IMG/VR virus record: IMGVR_UViG_3300045988_112739
DNA: 64,000 nt
Reading direction: 5' to 3' (one strand)
From: a virus
The notes beneath the pieces are model-generated. The model did no database searches and had not been told where the DNA came from. It worked only from the letters and a program-made list of their open reading frames with translations. Below are positions 41,678 to 50,016 of the stretch, in pieces. Numbering within the stretch: position 1 is the stretch's first letter; every line of letters starts with the position of its first letter. The translations under genes and the position numbers were made by a program.

Positions 41678-42134
41678 ATAAGCACTTCCTTTTGTATAAT
41701 ATAAATATTAAAAGTAATTGAATTACTCTTAATATCAGATTAAAAATGAATTCGTAAATCTTATCAGTAAAACAATTTGTGAAAGTTTCATCAACAAACA
41801 TATTGTTTATCCACGACAATATAGCCACTGTTGCAAATAAAAATGCCGTAGACAGCCAACAGATTACAAATTTATATTTATACCTTTTAAGAGTAAATAT
41901 ATACAATATAATTGGCATAATTATTATTGCTACAAATATATTATATGTTAACTGCCACACAGGACTTTCAAGGAGCATATTAGGGTATTGAACTACAAAA
42001 TTCAAAGCACCTAATATGTAGGAATCAAGTATGATTCTAGTCTTTGTCTTTGTTCCACTACATACATTGCAGAACAATAAAATAATAAACGCCTCTAAAG
42101 GATTATATAAAAGTAAACTTGGTAAAAATGACAT
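41637..42134 (-). CDS. multi-pass membrane protein
   Basis: 165 aa, about 5 hydrophobic segments; 3' end overlaps the agrD-like start by 41 nt. Confidence 0.5.
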   Translation of the reverse strand: MSFLPSLLLYNPLEAFIILLFCNVCSGTKTKTRIILDSYILGALNFVVQYPNMLLESPVWQLTYNIFVAIIIMPIILYIFTLKRYKYKFVICWLSTAFLFATVAILSWINNMFVDETFTNCFTDKIYEFIFNLILRVIQLLLIFILYKRKCLYEKVSQKDGCKFC

Positions 42135-42466
42135 TAAAAATTTCCTCTATTACTTATCCAACACAACAGGTCATACCAACAATTATCTCCTGCAAAAAAC
42201 TTGTCAAGTTTGTGATAGCCATTGTTGTTGATATTGCTTTCTAAAAGTTCGATACATACATTATCTTTAGATATATATGCAATATATGATTTTGTATTGT
42301 ATGTTATATACAAAGCATCTTCTCCATTGTGTTTACCAACAGAAAATAACTTAATATCAAAAATAGTTTCACACATAGAAGTCACATTTTCTCTGCACAA
42401 GCCGTTTTCAAGAGAATATCTGGCAATCCATTTTAAACTACGATTAGATAAGCTACTTCTTCTCAA
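42134..42466 (-). CDS. hypothetical protein
   Basis: 110-aa ORF, start/stop coupled to neighbours. Confidence 0.5.
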   Translation of the reverse strand: MRRSSLSNRSLKWIARYSLENGLCRENVTSMCETIFDIKLFSVGKHNGEDALYITYNTKSYIAYISKDNVCIELLESNINNNGYHKLDKFFAGDNCWYDLLCWISNRGNF

Positions 42467-42827
42467 TGTTCATCTCACCGAGTTTCTTATACAATTTCAT
42501 AATCATATTTTGAGTTGTCATATGGCTACGGCTATTATTATCCTCAATATCACAAATATCATTATAGATATTCCTAATAAACCGCTCCAACTTTTCTACT
42601 TTTCCTAACAACAATATCAAAATTGCTGTTAATACTAATATTCCTATTAACACTAGCGTAAGCAATAATTTATCGTTAGATGTTAGGATTAATTCTTCAT
42701 TAGGTAAATAGCAACTAGCATAATATATTATACTAGCCAACACAAATGTGATTACCGCTCCGATTCCAACTGAGCGTAAGATTTTTATAATGTGCATGAT
42801 TAATTTCCTCATATTAGGATTTAACAT
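42453..42827 (-). CDS. membrane protein
   Basis: 124 aa with two hydrophobic segments; first gene after promoter 42847-42884. Confidence 0.5.
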   Translation of the reverse strand: MLNPNMRKLIMHIIKILRSVGIGAVITFVLASIIYYASCYLPNEELILTSNDKLLLTLVLIGILVLTAILILLLGKVEKLERFIRNIYNDICDIEDNNSRSHMTTQNMIMKLYKKLGEMNIEKK

Positions 42828-42846
42828 ATTCTTATATCCTAATCTT

Positions 42847-42884
42847 ATTATATCATAAACTCAAAGCTTTGTCAAGTCATTTTT
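42847..42884 (-). promoter_or_regulatory. sigma-A type promoter (conserved phage early promoter family)
   Basis: Minus strand AAAATGACTTGACAA-N-TGATATAAT: TTGACA (42875-42870), 17-nt spacer, TATAAT (42852-42847). Confidence 0.7.
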
Positions 42885-43074
42885 GGATATTATTTTTATT
42901 TCTCGTCCATTGCTCTAAGAACACCGCTAAATCAGGAGTTCTTTCAAATATCCAACAGGTCTTATTTTCTCTAACATGAACAAAACTTGTTTTGACAGAA
43001 AAGCCATTAAGCTCTAAATACTCTTTTAAATTAGGTGAATAACAAGAAAAATATTCTTCCTTAGAATATCTCAT
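42877..43074 (-). CDS. hypothetical protein
   Basis: 65-aa ORF. Confidence 0.45.
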   Translation of the reverse strand: MRYSKEEYFSCYSPNLKEYLELNGFSVKTSFVHVRENKTCWIFERTPDLAVFLEQWTRNKNNIQK

Positions 43075-43224
43075 ATAGTATCACCTACCATACTAGTTCT
43101 TACATAAATTGCTTTGTACACCAAAGTCATCAATCAAAATCACCCTTTCAAAAATTTATAAATATTATAGATACCATTCAGCGTTCTTCACAGAACGTTC
43201 AAAGATGTCTATAATGTGATAATA

Positions 43225-43701
43225 TTACTTTTCTTTAACCCATTTTGTTTTACCAAATATGTTTTTCTTTTCAACATAATGTTCGGCATTAGGGTCATAA
43301 ACTTCCATTTCATTTTTACTTAAAACTTCAACTTCTGGATTATCTATTTCATTTTCTGAAAGAGAACTATTAACATCTTTAGTAGTCAAAGTCTGTAAGA
43401 TTTTATCTAGTTTGGCATTTAATTCGGTATAGCAAGTGTCTAATTCTGTTTTTAGTTCCGAAATTTTAATTTCTTGCGCAGAAGAAGCTTGCTGCAACTG
43501 AATTTCAACTGCTTTTTGATTCTCAGCACTCGTTTGATAATCTTTATAGAAAGCACTTATAAATTTGGCGAGATTATCAAAGTTATCCCCTATATGTGCA
43601 GTTGTACAATGGGGAGATTTACTGCAAATAAATTTATAATTACAAACGGCACATCTGTTGCCATTAGCACCGCAATTATTCTGTACACTATTTAATCCCA
43701 T
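43225..43701 (-). CDS. Cys-rich N-terminus / coiled-coil protein
   Basis: …CGANGNRCAVCNYKFICSKSPHCTTAH… then coiled coil. Confidence 0.5.
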   Translation of the reverse strand: MGLNSVQNNCGANGNRCAVCNYKFICSKSPHCTTAHIGDNFDNLAKFISAFYKDYQTSAENQKAVEIQLQQASSAQEIKISELKTELDTCYTELNAKLDKILQTLTTKDVNSSLSENEIDNPEVEVLSKNEMEVYDPNAEHYVEKKNIFGKTKWVKEK

Positions 43702-43703
43702 AA

Positions 43704-44126
43704 TCAGCCACCGCTAGTCTCAACAGCAACCTCTATAGGGTCTTTGGACGTTGATGGGTCTACCCATTCATTCATATATCTATCAGCAGGACACATACAA
43801 CTAAGAATCCTAATTGTATTATATACGCTGTCAAACTGACAAGCTATACATCTGCGATTAGAAGCATACCCCTGTAATTCAACAGCAGTTACAGGCTTGT
43901 TGAGTCTGTCAATTAAGGAATAAATATTAGTACTATTATTGTCAGTAAGTATAAGTCTAGCATTATACTCTGAAACCGCAAAAGGATTATTTATAATCAT
44001 ATTAAAATTATAAAACCGTCTAGGATATCTTCTATTTTCGATACCATCTGCGGGAGTTGCTGTCATTAATACATCATCGGATGTGGTAAGGGCAGAACTA
44101 GTTACTACTACAGTAGGATAAGGCAT
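43704..44126 (-). CDS. hypothetical protein
   Basis: 140-aa ORF coupled to downstream gene. Confidence 0.5.
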   Translation of the reverse strand: MPYPTVVVTSSALTTSDDVLMTATPADGIENRRYPRRFYNFNMIINNPFAVSEYNARLILTDNNSTNIYSLIDRLNKPVTAVELQGYASNRRCIACQFDSVYNTIRILSCMCPADRYMNEWVDPSTSKDPIEVAVETSGG

Positions 44127-44165
44127 AACAATTACCTCTTGTTAAAGTTATATCCTATAATGTAA

Positions 44166-44459
44166 TTATTTCAACGATTCTTTCTGTTCTTTTACTTTCT
44201 TTCTATATTCTTCGATTTTGTCATTTACCATCATTTTTGCGATATCAGCGGCTTCGTCTACATTTCCATCTGTACCAAACAGCCATGTTAATGCAGTTTC
44301 TATTCCAATATCTGCATATCCCAATATTTTGTTTTCAAACATACTAAGAATAGGTGTAACATTCATACCTATCTTATTTCCAATAGTGGGAAGTTGATTA
44401 TAAATTTTCATAACTTCTCGTTCAAGGATTTGCCTTGCAATTTCTTTATCACTTATCAT
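44166..44459 (-). CDS. hypothetical protein
   Basis: 97-aa ORF. Confidence 0.5.
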   Translation of the reverse strand: MISDKEIARQILEREVMKIYNQLPTIGNKIGMNVTPILSMFENKILGYADIGIETALTWLFGTDGNVDEAADIAKMMVNDKIEEYRKKVKEQKESLK

Positions 44460-44955
44460 TATTATTTACACCCTCTGCCTTACTAAGCTCTAGTAATCGT
44501 TTCTGTATCACATCATCTTGCATTAATTGTTGTATTTTAGCAAGATTTTGAGTCTCTTCTTCTGAAAACTTGTCTCTTATATTTCTAAAAGTAGCAAGTA
44601 GTCTTTCAAAAGACATAGAACCCTCTTTTGTTTGTAATACTTGTGGGCGTATAATTTGCTCTATGGCGTGTTGTATTTGCTTATCACACTCAGCCATAGC
44701 CGCCTTAAATTCGCTATCATTTAATATTTTATTTTGTATTGTAGGAGAACACCTAGAAAATTCGTTTTCAAATTCTACATAGGGGTCAGATACTATTTGC
44801 TGCATTTGCTGTTGCACTTGTTGTAATTGACTAGGGTCGTATCCCGTTCTTTTTAATTGCTGAACATATTCCCATTCTTGTGGAGAAACTTGTGGCAATG
44901 GAGTCTTGGGGACGTTATACCCAGAGATTAACGGATTTTGAGGACTTAAAGCCAT
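44449..44955 (-). CDS. Gln-rich hypothetical protein
   Basis: 168 aa, …PSQLQQVQQQMQQ…; GGAAGTG RBS. Confidence 0.5.
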   Translation of the reverse strand: MALSPQNPLISGYNVPKTPLPQVSPQEWEYVQQLKRTGYDPSQLQQVQQQMQQIVSDPYVEFENEFSRCSPTIQNKILNDSEFKAAMAECDKQIQHAIEQIIRPQVLQTKEGSMSFERLLATFRNIRDKFSEEETQNLAKIQQLMQDDVIQKRLLELSKAEGVNNNDK

Positions 44956-45005
44956 TATATCACTTCCACGATTAAAGAAGTGTATAATGTCTATAATGTA
45001 AATAA

Positions 45006-45524
45006 TTAGAAGTTGTTATATCCACAACCGCAGCCACAGCCGTCATTGTAAGTGTTGCAACCACAATAACCATTTACAGTGTAAGGATATACCTGTCTAC
45101 TACCAAGAAGCAGAGTAGAACCAGTGTAAGGGTCTGCAAGCTGACTAGGAGCAAGGAACTTGCTTGCCTTAACAAAGTCGCAAGTAGCCGCCTTAATCTT
45201 ATAATCAGTAAGGACATCGTTAGTGTTGAATCTAGTATCAACACAACCGAATTGCTGGTCGATAAGTTTGCCCTCATAGTAAGAACGCATCTGCTCAATC
45301 TCAAAGTTCTTAGCAATAGAAGTCTCGTCAATAGCTACTCTCTGTTCAAGAGCACAAATTCTATCAGAAACCCCCTGTGCATAGTTGAAGAACTCTTTCA
45401 TGTCAGAAATAGTATTGTTGTAATACTCTTTCTCAGTAACGTTAGCCGCATTAGTATTTCCACCAAGCAGACCATTACCATTAAGAGCACCACCAGCGAG
45501 AGCACCTAAAGCTGTACCAATAAT
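45006..45524 (-). CDS. Gly-rich/Cys-rich protein, exon 2
   Basis: Frame open upstream of track ATG to 45524: IIGTALGALAGGALNGNGLLGGNTNAANVTEKEYYNNTISDMKEFF…; C-terminus GYCGCNTYNDGCGCGCGYNNF. Confidence 0.65.
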   Translation of the reverse strand: MIGTALGALAGGALNGNGLLGGNTNAANVTEKEYYNNTISDMKEFFNYAQGVSDRICALEQRVAIDETSIAKNFEIEQMRSYYEGKLIDQQFGCVDTRFNTNDVLTDYKIKAATCDFVKASKFLAPSQLADPYTGSTLLLGSRQVYPYTVNGYCGCNTYNDGCGCGCGYNNF

Positions 45525-45777
45525 CGTTTATTCTTATATTACTATAAGCACTGACTATATCTTACCTAGAATACTAGGAAAATCTGTTTCGAACGTTGTG
45601 TCAATAAACGTCCTACTCTCCCGATGCGGAGATAGTCGATACATCGCCCATTACTAAAAGTAATGTATGACACGGTATTATCCTATAAGTTGGTACACTT
45701 AATATAGGACTTCACCGTTAGCATCTTAAAGATACCCCATTGACGAAATGGATAAGATTTAACAGGCATTATTACAT
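45525..45777 (-). ncRNA. group I intron in Gly/Cys-rich protein gene
   Basis: P1 is CUUGGU| with GCCUG. Core elements: GCTAACGGTGAAGTCC, GATAATACCGTG, ATCGACTATC (P7), AAGATATAGTC (J8/7-P7'). Ends AATATAAGAATAAACG. Confidence 0.8.
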
Positions 45778-45861
45778 ACCAAGAGTTAATCCTGCGTTAG
45801 CCTTACCGTTGGAAGCGGCATTGAACTCGCCCTCTGTTCCTGTTGCTGTTTTTACTAACAT
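45778..45861 (-). CDS. Gly-rich/Cys-rich protein, exon 1 (28 codons)
   Basis: GGTGA RBS, ATG 45861; MLVKTATGTEGEFNAASNGKANAGLTLG. Joins in frame to IIGTALGALAGG…. Confidence 0.6.
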
Positions 45862-45919
45862 ACTAATCACCATATAATTATATGATTATATAATGTTATT
45901 ATGTGGATAAATATATAAT

Positions 45920-45947
45920 AAAGGCTCACCCCAAGGAATGAGCCTTT
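45920..45947 (-). terminator. stem-loop after Hsp20-like gene
   Basis: AAAGGCTCA…TGAGCCTTT; A/T-rich downstream on minus strand. Confidence 0.45.
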
Positions 45948-45958
45948 AATTATTTTGA

Positions 45959-46339
45959 TTAAATCCTTGTAACCTTGATAGTGTTTTCTACGGGCTTCTT
46001 TACCGTAATATAAATATAAGTCATGCCATTGAGAGACTTATATTCAACCTTTTCTATGTTGTTAATTACGTCCTTTGCAACAGAACACTCATAATCAATA
46101 GAATAGGTTTCACCATCGCACTTTGTTTCACCCTTGACCTTGATACTGTTACTTGTTATAGTAATGTGTACATCGTCGGGTGCAACACCTACACTTCTGC
46201 AAGCACACTTGTAACCCTTGTCAGTCTTGTGCCAAGACATAGGAGACATATCCTTAGTCTTTGCAGAATTGTATCTTACAATAGGCTTGTCAAAAATTCT
46301 CATAAAATCGTCATCAAAAAAATTCATTAAACTTTCCAT
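45959..46339 (-). CDS. small heat-shock protein (Hsp20/alpha-crystallin-like)
   Basis: 126 aa; …VAPDDVHITITSNSIKVKGETK…EKVEYKSLNGMTYIYITVKK follows the alpha-crystallin domain pattern. Confidence 0.55.
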   Translation of the reverse strand: MESLMNFFDDDFMRIFDKPIVRYNSAKTKDMSPMSWHKTDKGYKCACRSVGVAPDDVHITITSNSIKVKGETKCDGETYSIDYECSVAKDVINNIEKVEYKSLNGMTYIYITVKKPVENTIKVTRI

Positions 46340-46458
46340 AAAAACACCTCAAAAAAATAAAAAATATACATTGAATCAATATGACCCAAAGGGTGTCAAT
46401 TTTGCTTTTGTTTAGGGATAAGTACAAAATTGTCACATACTAAAACCATAACCCTATA

Positions 46459-46534
46459 TGGAGCTGATATCAGGAATCGAACCCGAAACATTCTGATTAC
46501 AAAACAGATACTCTGCCTATTGAGTTATATCAGC
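46459..46534 (-). tRNA. tRNA-Thr (anticodon UGU), CCA encoded
   Basis: Hand-folded cloverleaf. Acceptor GCTGATA/TATCAGC, D stem ACTC/GAGT, anticodon arm TCTGT-TTTGTAA-TCAGA (31-39 U-U mismatch), T arm TCGGG-TTCGATT-CCTGA. Confidence 0.85.
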
Positions 46535-46804
46535 ATCGCATAACGTCCGCAGAACAGTGTTGTACACCACCTAGTTTTTTACAGAGATAATAGTTGGGTA
46601 ATTACTCCCACCATACAAACGTAAACATAACTAATTATGCTATTCGGTGGACAACGATGGATTTGCACCATCACCAAAAGGTCTACTACAAGGTCGCCCA
46701 TATTGTCCTAGAAATCTAGGACAAACTATCTATAACGCTGTAACGTAGCGTAGCGATGAGTCCAAGCACTTTAAGCTTCAACGAGAGGCTTGCTTGGCTC
46801 TCTC

Positions 46805-46892
46805 TGGTGAGAGGAGTAGGAGTCGAACCTACGGTGTTTCTAACGTACTTGATTTACAGTCAAGCGTCTTCACCAACTAGACATATCCTCCC
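46805..46892 (-). tRNA. tRNA-Tyr (anticodon GUA), long variable arm, CCA encoded
   Basis: Acceptor GGGAGGA/TCCTCTC, anticodon arm CTTGA-CTGTAAA-TCAAG, variable arm TACGTTAGAAACACCGTA, T arm GTAGG-TTCGACT-CCTAC. Confidence 0.85.
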
Positions 46893-46922
46893 ATATCTAG
46901 GGGTGACTAGCACCCCTTATCT

Positions 46923-47192
46923 TTATCGACCAATTCTCTTAAAATCAGCGGACAGCTTTGCCTTTACCTTCTTGTGAGCAGGAGACATTACCTTCTCGCC
47001 AGTCTTAGGATTTCTCTTCTCAGCAGCCTCTACATCTACAAGAGAATAAGAAATATCAAGAGCCTTGAAACTCTCACCATCAGAAACTGTAGTCTTAACT
47101 GCTACTTCAAGAGCATCGACAATCTCCTTAACCTTCTTCTGAGGAACACCTGTTGCCTCTGCTGTCTTCTTAATAATCTGCTTACTAGTCAT
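46923..47192 (-). CDS. HU/IHF-family DNA-binding protein
   Basis: MTSKQIIKKTAEATGVPQKKVKEIVDAL…RNPKTGEKVMSPAHKKVKAKLSADFK; AAAGGGA RBS before ATG 47192. Confidence 0.8.
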   Translation of the reverse strand: MTSKQIIKKTAEATGVPQKKVKEIVDALEVAVKTTVSDGESFKALDISYSLVDVEAAEKRNPKTGEKVMSPAHKKVKAKLSADFKRIGR

Positions 47193-47411
47193 AATAAAAT
47201 TCCCTTTCATTCCAATTAAATTATTTATATAATAACTTTACAAGACACGATTTAGCACTTACCACACTGTGGTCATTGACTTCGGAGCAACCCTACTGCT
47301 TTTGGATAGTCATTATAACTGAAGTTATAGCAACTATCCATCTAAACAAATACTATTTATTTATCATCTTTAAAGCTTTGCAGTTAGCGTGTCTTTCGTT
47401 ATTACTCTTAT

Positions 47412-47449
47412 ATTATATCACAAAAACACTTGTTTGTCAAGTCATTTTT
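47412..47449 (-). promoter_or_regulatory. sigma-A type promoter (same family)
   Basis: AAAATGACTTGACAA…TGTGATATAAT: TTGACA 47440-47435, 17-nt spacer, TATAAT 47417-47412. Followed by a leader of about 210 nt before the HU gene. Confidence 0.7.
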
Positions 47450-47453
47450 GAAA

Positions 47454-47849
47454 TTATATTATATTTTTCTGAGAAACTTCATAATTATACTTTGCAGTGT
47501 CTTTAGCCGTCTTCGACTGTAATTCTGCAATCTTATAATTAGAATCAATGATACTCTTGTTACTCTCGTTTTCACTAATATAACTAAGAGCCATACTAGG
47601 CGTAATACCTACGTTTACTAAAGCAGTAATCATACCACAAACTCTTGACACATCATTAATCCCTCTCTGGAATTCCTTAGTATCAAACTTAGACTTAGAC
47701 ACCTCTTCTGCTGAAATACCAATAATCTCATCAACAAGATATGTCGGTTCATGTGTTGCATCGCAGCAATCTATCACATCAGAAATATCTACAGCCTGTG
47801 CATCAACTACTTCTTCATTTACAATTTTCTCGTCCATAACGTACCTCAC
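47454..47849 (-). CDS. hypothetical protein
   Basis: 131-aa ORF coupled to clpP-like gene. Confidence 0.5.
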   Translation of the reverse strand: MRYVMDEKIVNEEVVDAQAVDISDVIDCCDATHEPTYLVDEIIGISAEEVSKSKFDTKEFQRGINDVSRVCGMITALVNVGITPSMALSYISENESNKSIIDSNYKIAELQSKTAKDTAKYNYEVSQKNII

Positions 47850-48433
47850 ACAATCTTATCAGCGATTCCTAATTCAATAGCTTCTTTTGCTGAAAAATAT
47901 TTATCTATTTTTCTTTCCTGCCATGAAATTAAATCTTCTCTAGGAATAGACGTATGACTACAAATAAGGTCATATATCTCTTCTCTAATTACTTCGGTTT
48001 CCGCTAAGTCTTCTCTCATCTGCTGAGCCTTTCCATAAGTACCAGTAGATACATCATGTACCATATATCTAGCGTGTCTATATGCTCTACGTTCAGTTCC
48101 AGAAATAGCCAGCATAAACCCCATACTATAAGCCCTACCTATATTGGTAGTAATAATATGATATCCATTTTCTATCATAGATTCTATAAAAGAAATCAAA
48201 GTTAAACCATCTTCACAACAACCGCCATTGCTATTAATAAGAATTTCAATAGGCTTCTTTTGACCCAAGGTTTCATCAACCTCTATGAGCCTGTTAAGGT
48301 AATACATGGTTTCCATAACGCTACTTTCATTTACTGTATCATAAAAGAAAATCTTGCGTTGTTTCATAGCCATAGATAGCCTCATCTGAGAGATAAGACT
48401 ATTCTCTGGCTGATATATATAATCATCATTCAT
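47846..48433 (-). CDS. clpP: ClpP-family serine protease
   Basis: …ILINSNGG…GRAYSMGFMLAISG…RYMVHDVSTG… (Ser and His motifs of ClpP). Confidence 0.75.
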   Translation of the reverse strand: MNDDYIYQPENSLISQMRLSMAMKQRKIFFYDTVNESSVMETMYYLNRLIEVDETLGQKKPIEILINSNGGCCEDGLTLISFIESMIENGYHIITTNIGRAYSMGFMLAISGTERRAYRHARYMVHDVSTGTYGKAQQMREDLAETEVIREEIYDLICSHTSIPREDLISWQERKIDKYFSAKEAIELGIADKIV

Positions 48434-48445
48434 TCAACAATATCC

Positions 48446-49678
48446 TCAAAGTCTATCAGCGATTTCAGCTATCTTACTTCTCCAAACGTTCTGTAAATCG
48501 ACATATCCAAAAACTTCTTCCCCAGCAAAAGTTTCTACAACTCTTCTGAGACCGTTATTGCTTTCATATGTCTGACTATCAGTCTGCTTGAAGTCGCCCT
48601 CTATAAATACTTTTGCACCAGAACTTACTCTGGACAAACAAATTTTTATTAAATCTGTAGTGGTATTCTCTGCTTCTGTAATCCAAAGCATTTCGTTATC
48701 AGTAATCTCCATACCACGACAATCTGCCATAGGTACAAGTTTTATTTTACCGCTACTAATATAGTTGTCTACAATATATCTATCACCAAACTTAGTAATA
48801 AGAATATTGCCTATATTAGACTGCATAGCTTTTTCAACAACAGAACCAGTATAATAACCAAGTTCAGAAGCCCCCCTAACAGGACAAGGGTTAAACAGTA
48901 TTACTAACCTTTCATACTTTCCTGTCTCTATTAAGTGCATAGCTATCATAAGGCTAAGAAGGCTCTTACCACTACCAGCCTTACCCGTGATACAAGTAAT
49001 TGTATTATTCATAAGGCTATCAATAGCCATTCGTTGGTATACATCTTTGGCTTTCATCTTATCGCCAAAGAACATGGTTTTTATATTTTTACTTGCGACA
49101 GTAGAATATTTTTCTCCATCCCACTTAACCATATCACAATAATCTCCGTTGGAGTTATTTATAATAAGATATTGGTTAGCAAGACAACCAAAAATATTCT
49201 CGTTAGGATTTTCATATATAGAAGCCATTTCCTCGTCGGTAGCATTTACGGTGTCATAGCCTAAATACTTCTTTTCAGAAATACACTCCAATGTTGATAT
49301 ACCTAATATTTCTGCTTTAATCTTAACATTGAAATCATATGTCAAAATACTAGCAGAGTTTCTACAAGCACAGGTTACAATGATATCATCGTTCATTGTG
49401 TTTAAGCAATAAGTTTCCGGCGACTGTTTAATCTTCTCAGAAATATCTTTATTGAAATCAAACGTAATGTTCGATTTGTTTCTCTCTATTGCTTTAATAG
49501 CCTGTCTTGCCTGCCTAGCTTTAGAATAATCTTTATTAGTTTTGAGATTATCAAGTTCCTCAATAGTAGCAATATTGAATATAACCTGATAATTTTCTTT
49601 CAGTAGATTGTCAATAACACTGTTATCATTCATAACAGCACAGGTATCTACTACAACTTTCCGCTTGTTATCGTCCAT
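48446..49678 (-). CDS. PIN-domain + PhoH-like ATPase (YlaK-type)
   Basis: N-terminal VVVDTCAVMND (PIN acidic motif); Walker A ITGKAGSGKS; PhoH-like C-terminal region. Confidence 0.75.
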   Translation of the reverse strand: MDDNKRKVVVDTCAVMNDNSVIDNLLKENYQVIFNIATIEELDNLKTNKDYSKARQARQAIKAIERNKSNITFDFNKDISEKIKQSPETYCLNTMNDDIIVTCACRNSASILTYDFNVKIKAEILGISTLECISEKKYLGYDTVNATDEEMASIYENPNENIFGCLANQYLIINNSNGDYCDMVKWDGEKYSTVASKNIKTMFFGDKMKAKDVYQRMAIDSLMNNTITCITGKAGSGKSLLSLMIAMHLIETGKYERLVILFNPCPVRGASELGYYTGSVVEKAMQSNIGNILITKFGDRYIVDNYISSGKIKLVPMADCRGMEITDNEMLWITEAENTTTDLIKICLSRVSSGAKVFIEGDFKQTDSQTYESNNGLRRVVETFAGEEVFGYVDLQNVWRSKIAEIADRL

Positions 49679-49695
49679 GATTTCTCCTCTCTGGA

Positions 49696-49869
49696 TTACT
49701 TAGTTAATCCAAGAAATATAAGGATAGGTCTACTTTCTACGACATAATATTTCTTTCTGTCGGACTTCTTCTTGGCAGAAGTAATACGATAGTTCTTATC
49801 GCTCTTGCCGTCCTTAATAAGCTTTGCCTTTCTCAGTCTTTCGAAATCATCGCGGTTTACGTTAATCAT
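49696..49869 (-). CDS. small basic protein
   Basis: GAGGAA RBS before ATG 49869 (MINVNRDDFERLRKAKL…). Track start 49932 lacks an RBS. Confidence 0.45.
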   Translation of the reverse strand: MINVNRDDFERLRKAKLIKDGKSDKNYRITSAKKKSDRKKYYVVESRPILIFLGLTK

Positions 49870-50016
49870 GTATAAATTCCTCACAATTTTAAAATTTTGT
49901 TGAACTGGAAATTTTCTATCTTTCCTTTTCATTATATATTTTGGGGGCTACAAGCTTAGAAATCTTATATAAATATTGGTATTACAATCAATCTCTATTT
50001 TATAGCCCTCTAAATA

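Noticed and set aside
46647-46708. tRNA-like fragment in the 270-nt spacer between tRNA-Tyr and tRNA-Thr. It has a good T arm (GATGG-TGCAAAT-CCATC) and a 7-bp acceptor pairing (GGACAAT/GTTGTCC) followed by ACC.
   Set aside because: Only about 29 nt lie between the acceptor 5' strand and the T stem. No D arm or anticodon arm can be drawn, and the CCA is incomplete. It is probably a degraded tRNA or a processing element, not a functional tRNA. The nearby CCTAGAAATCTAGG hairpin matches the intron hairpin only over 14 nt.
47276-47506. 76-aa plus-strand ORF in the HU leader/promoter region.
   Set aside because: It runs antisense through a well-defined minus-strand promoter and leader. Its translation is hydrophobic and low-complexity, and it has no RBS.
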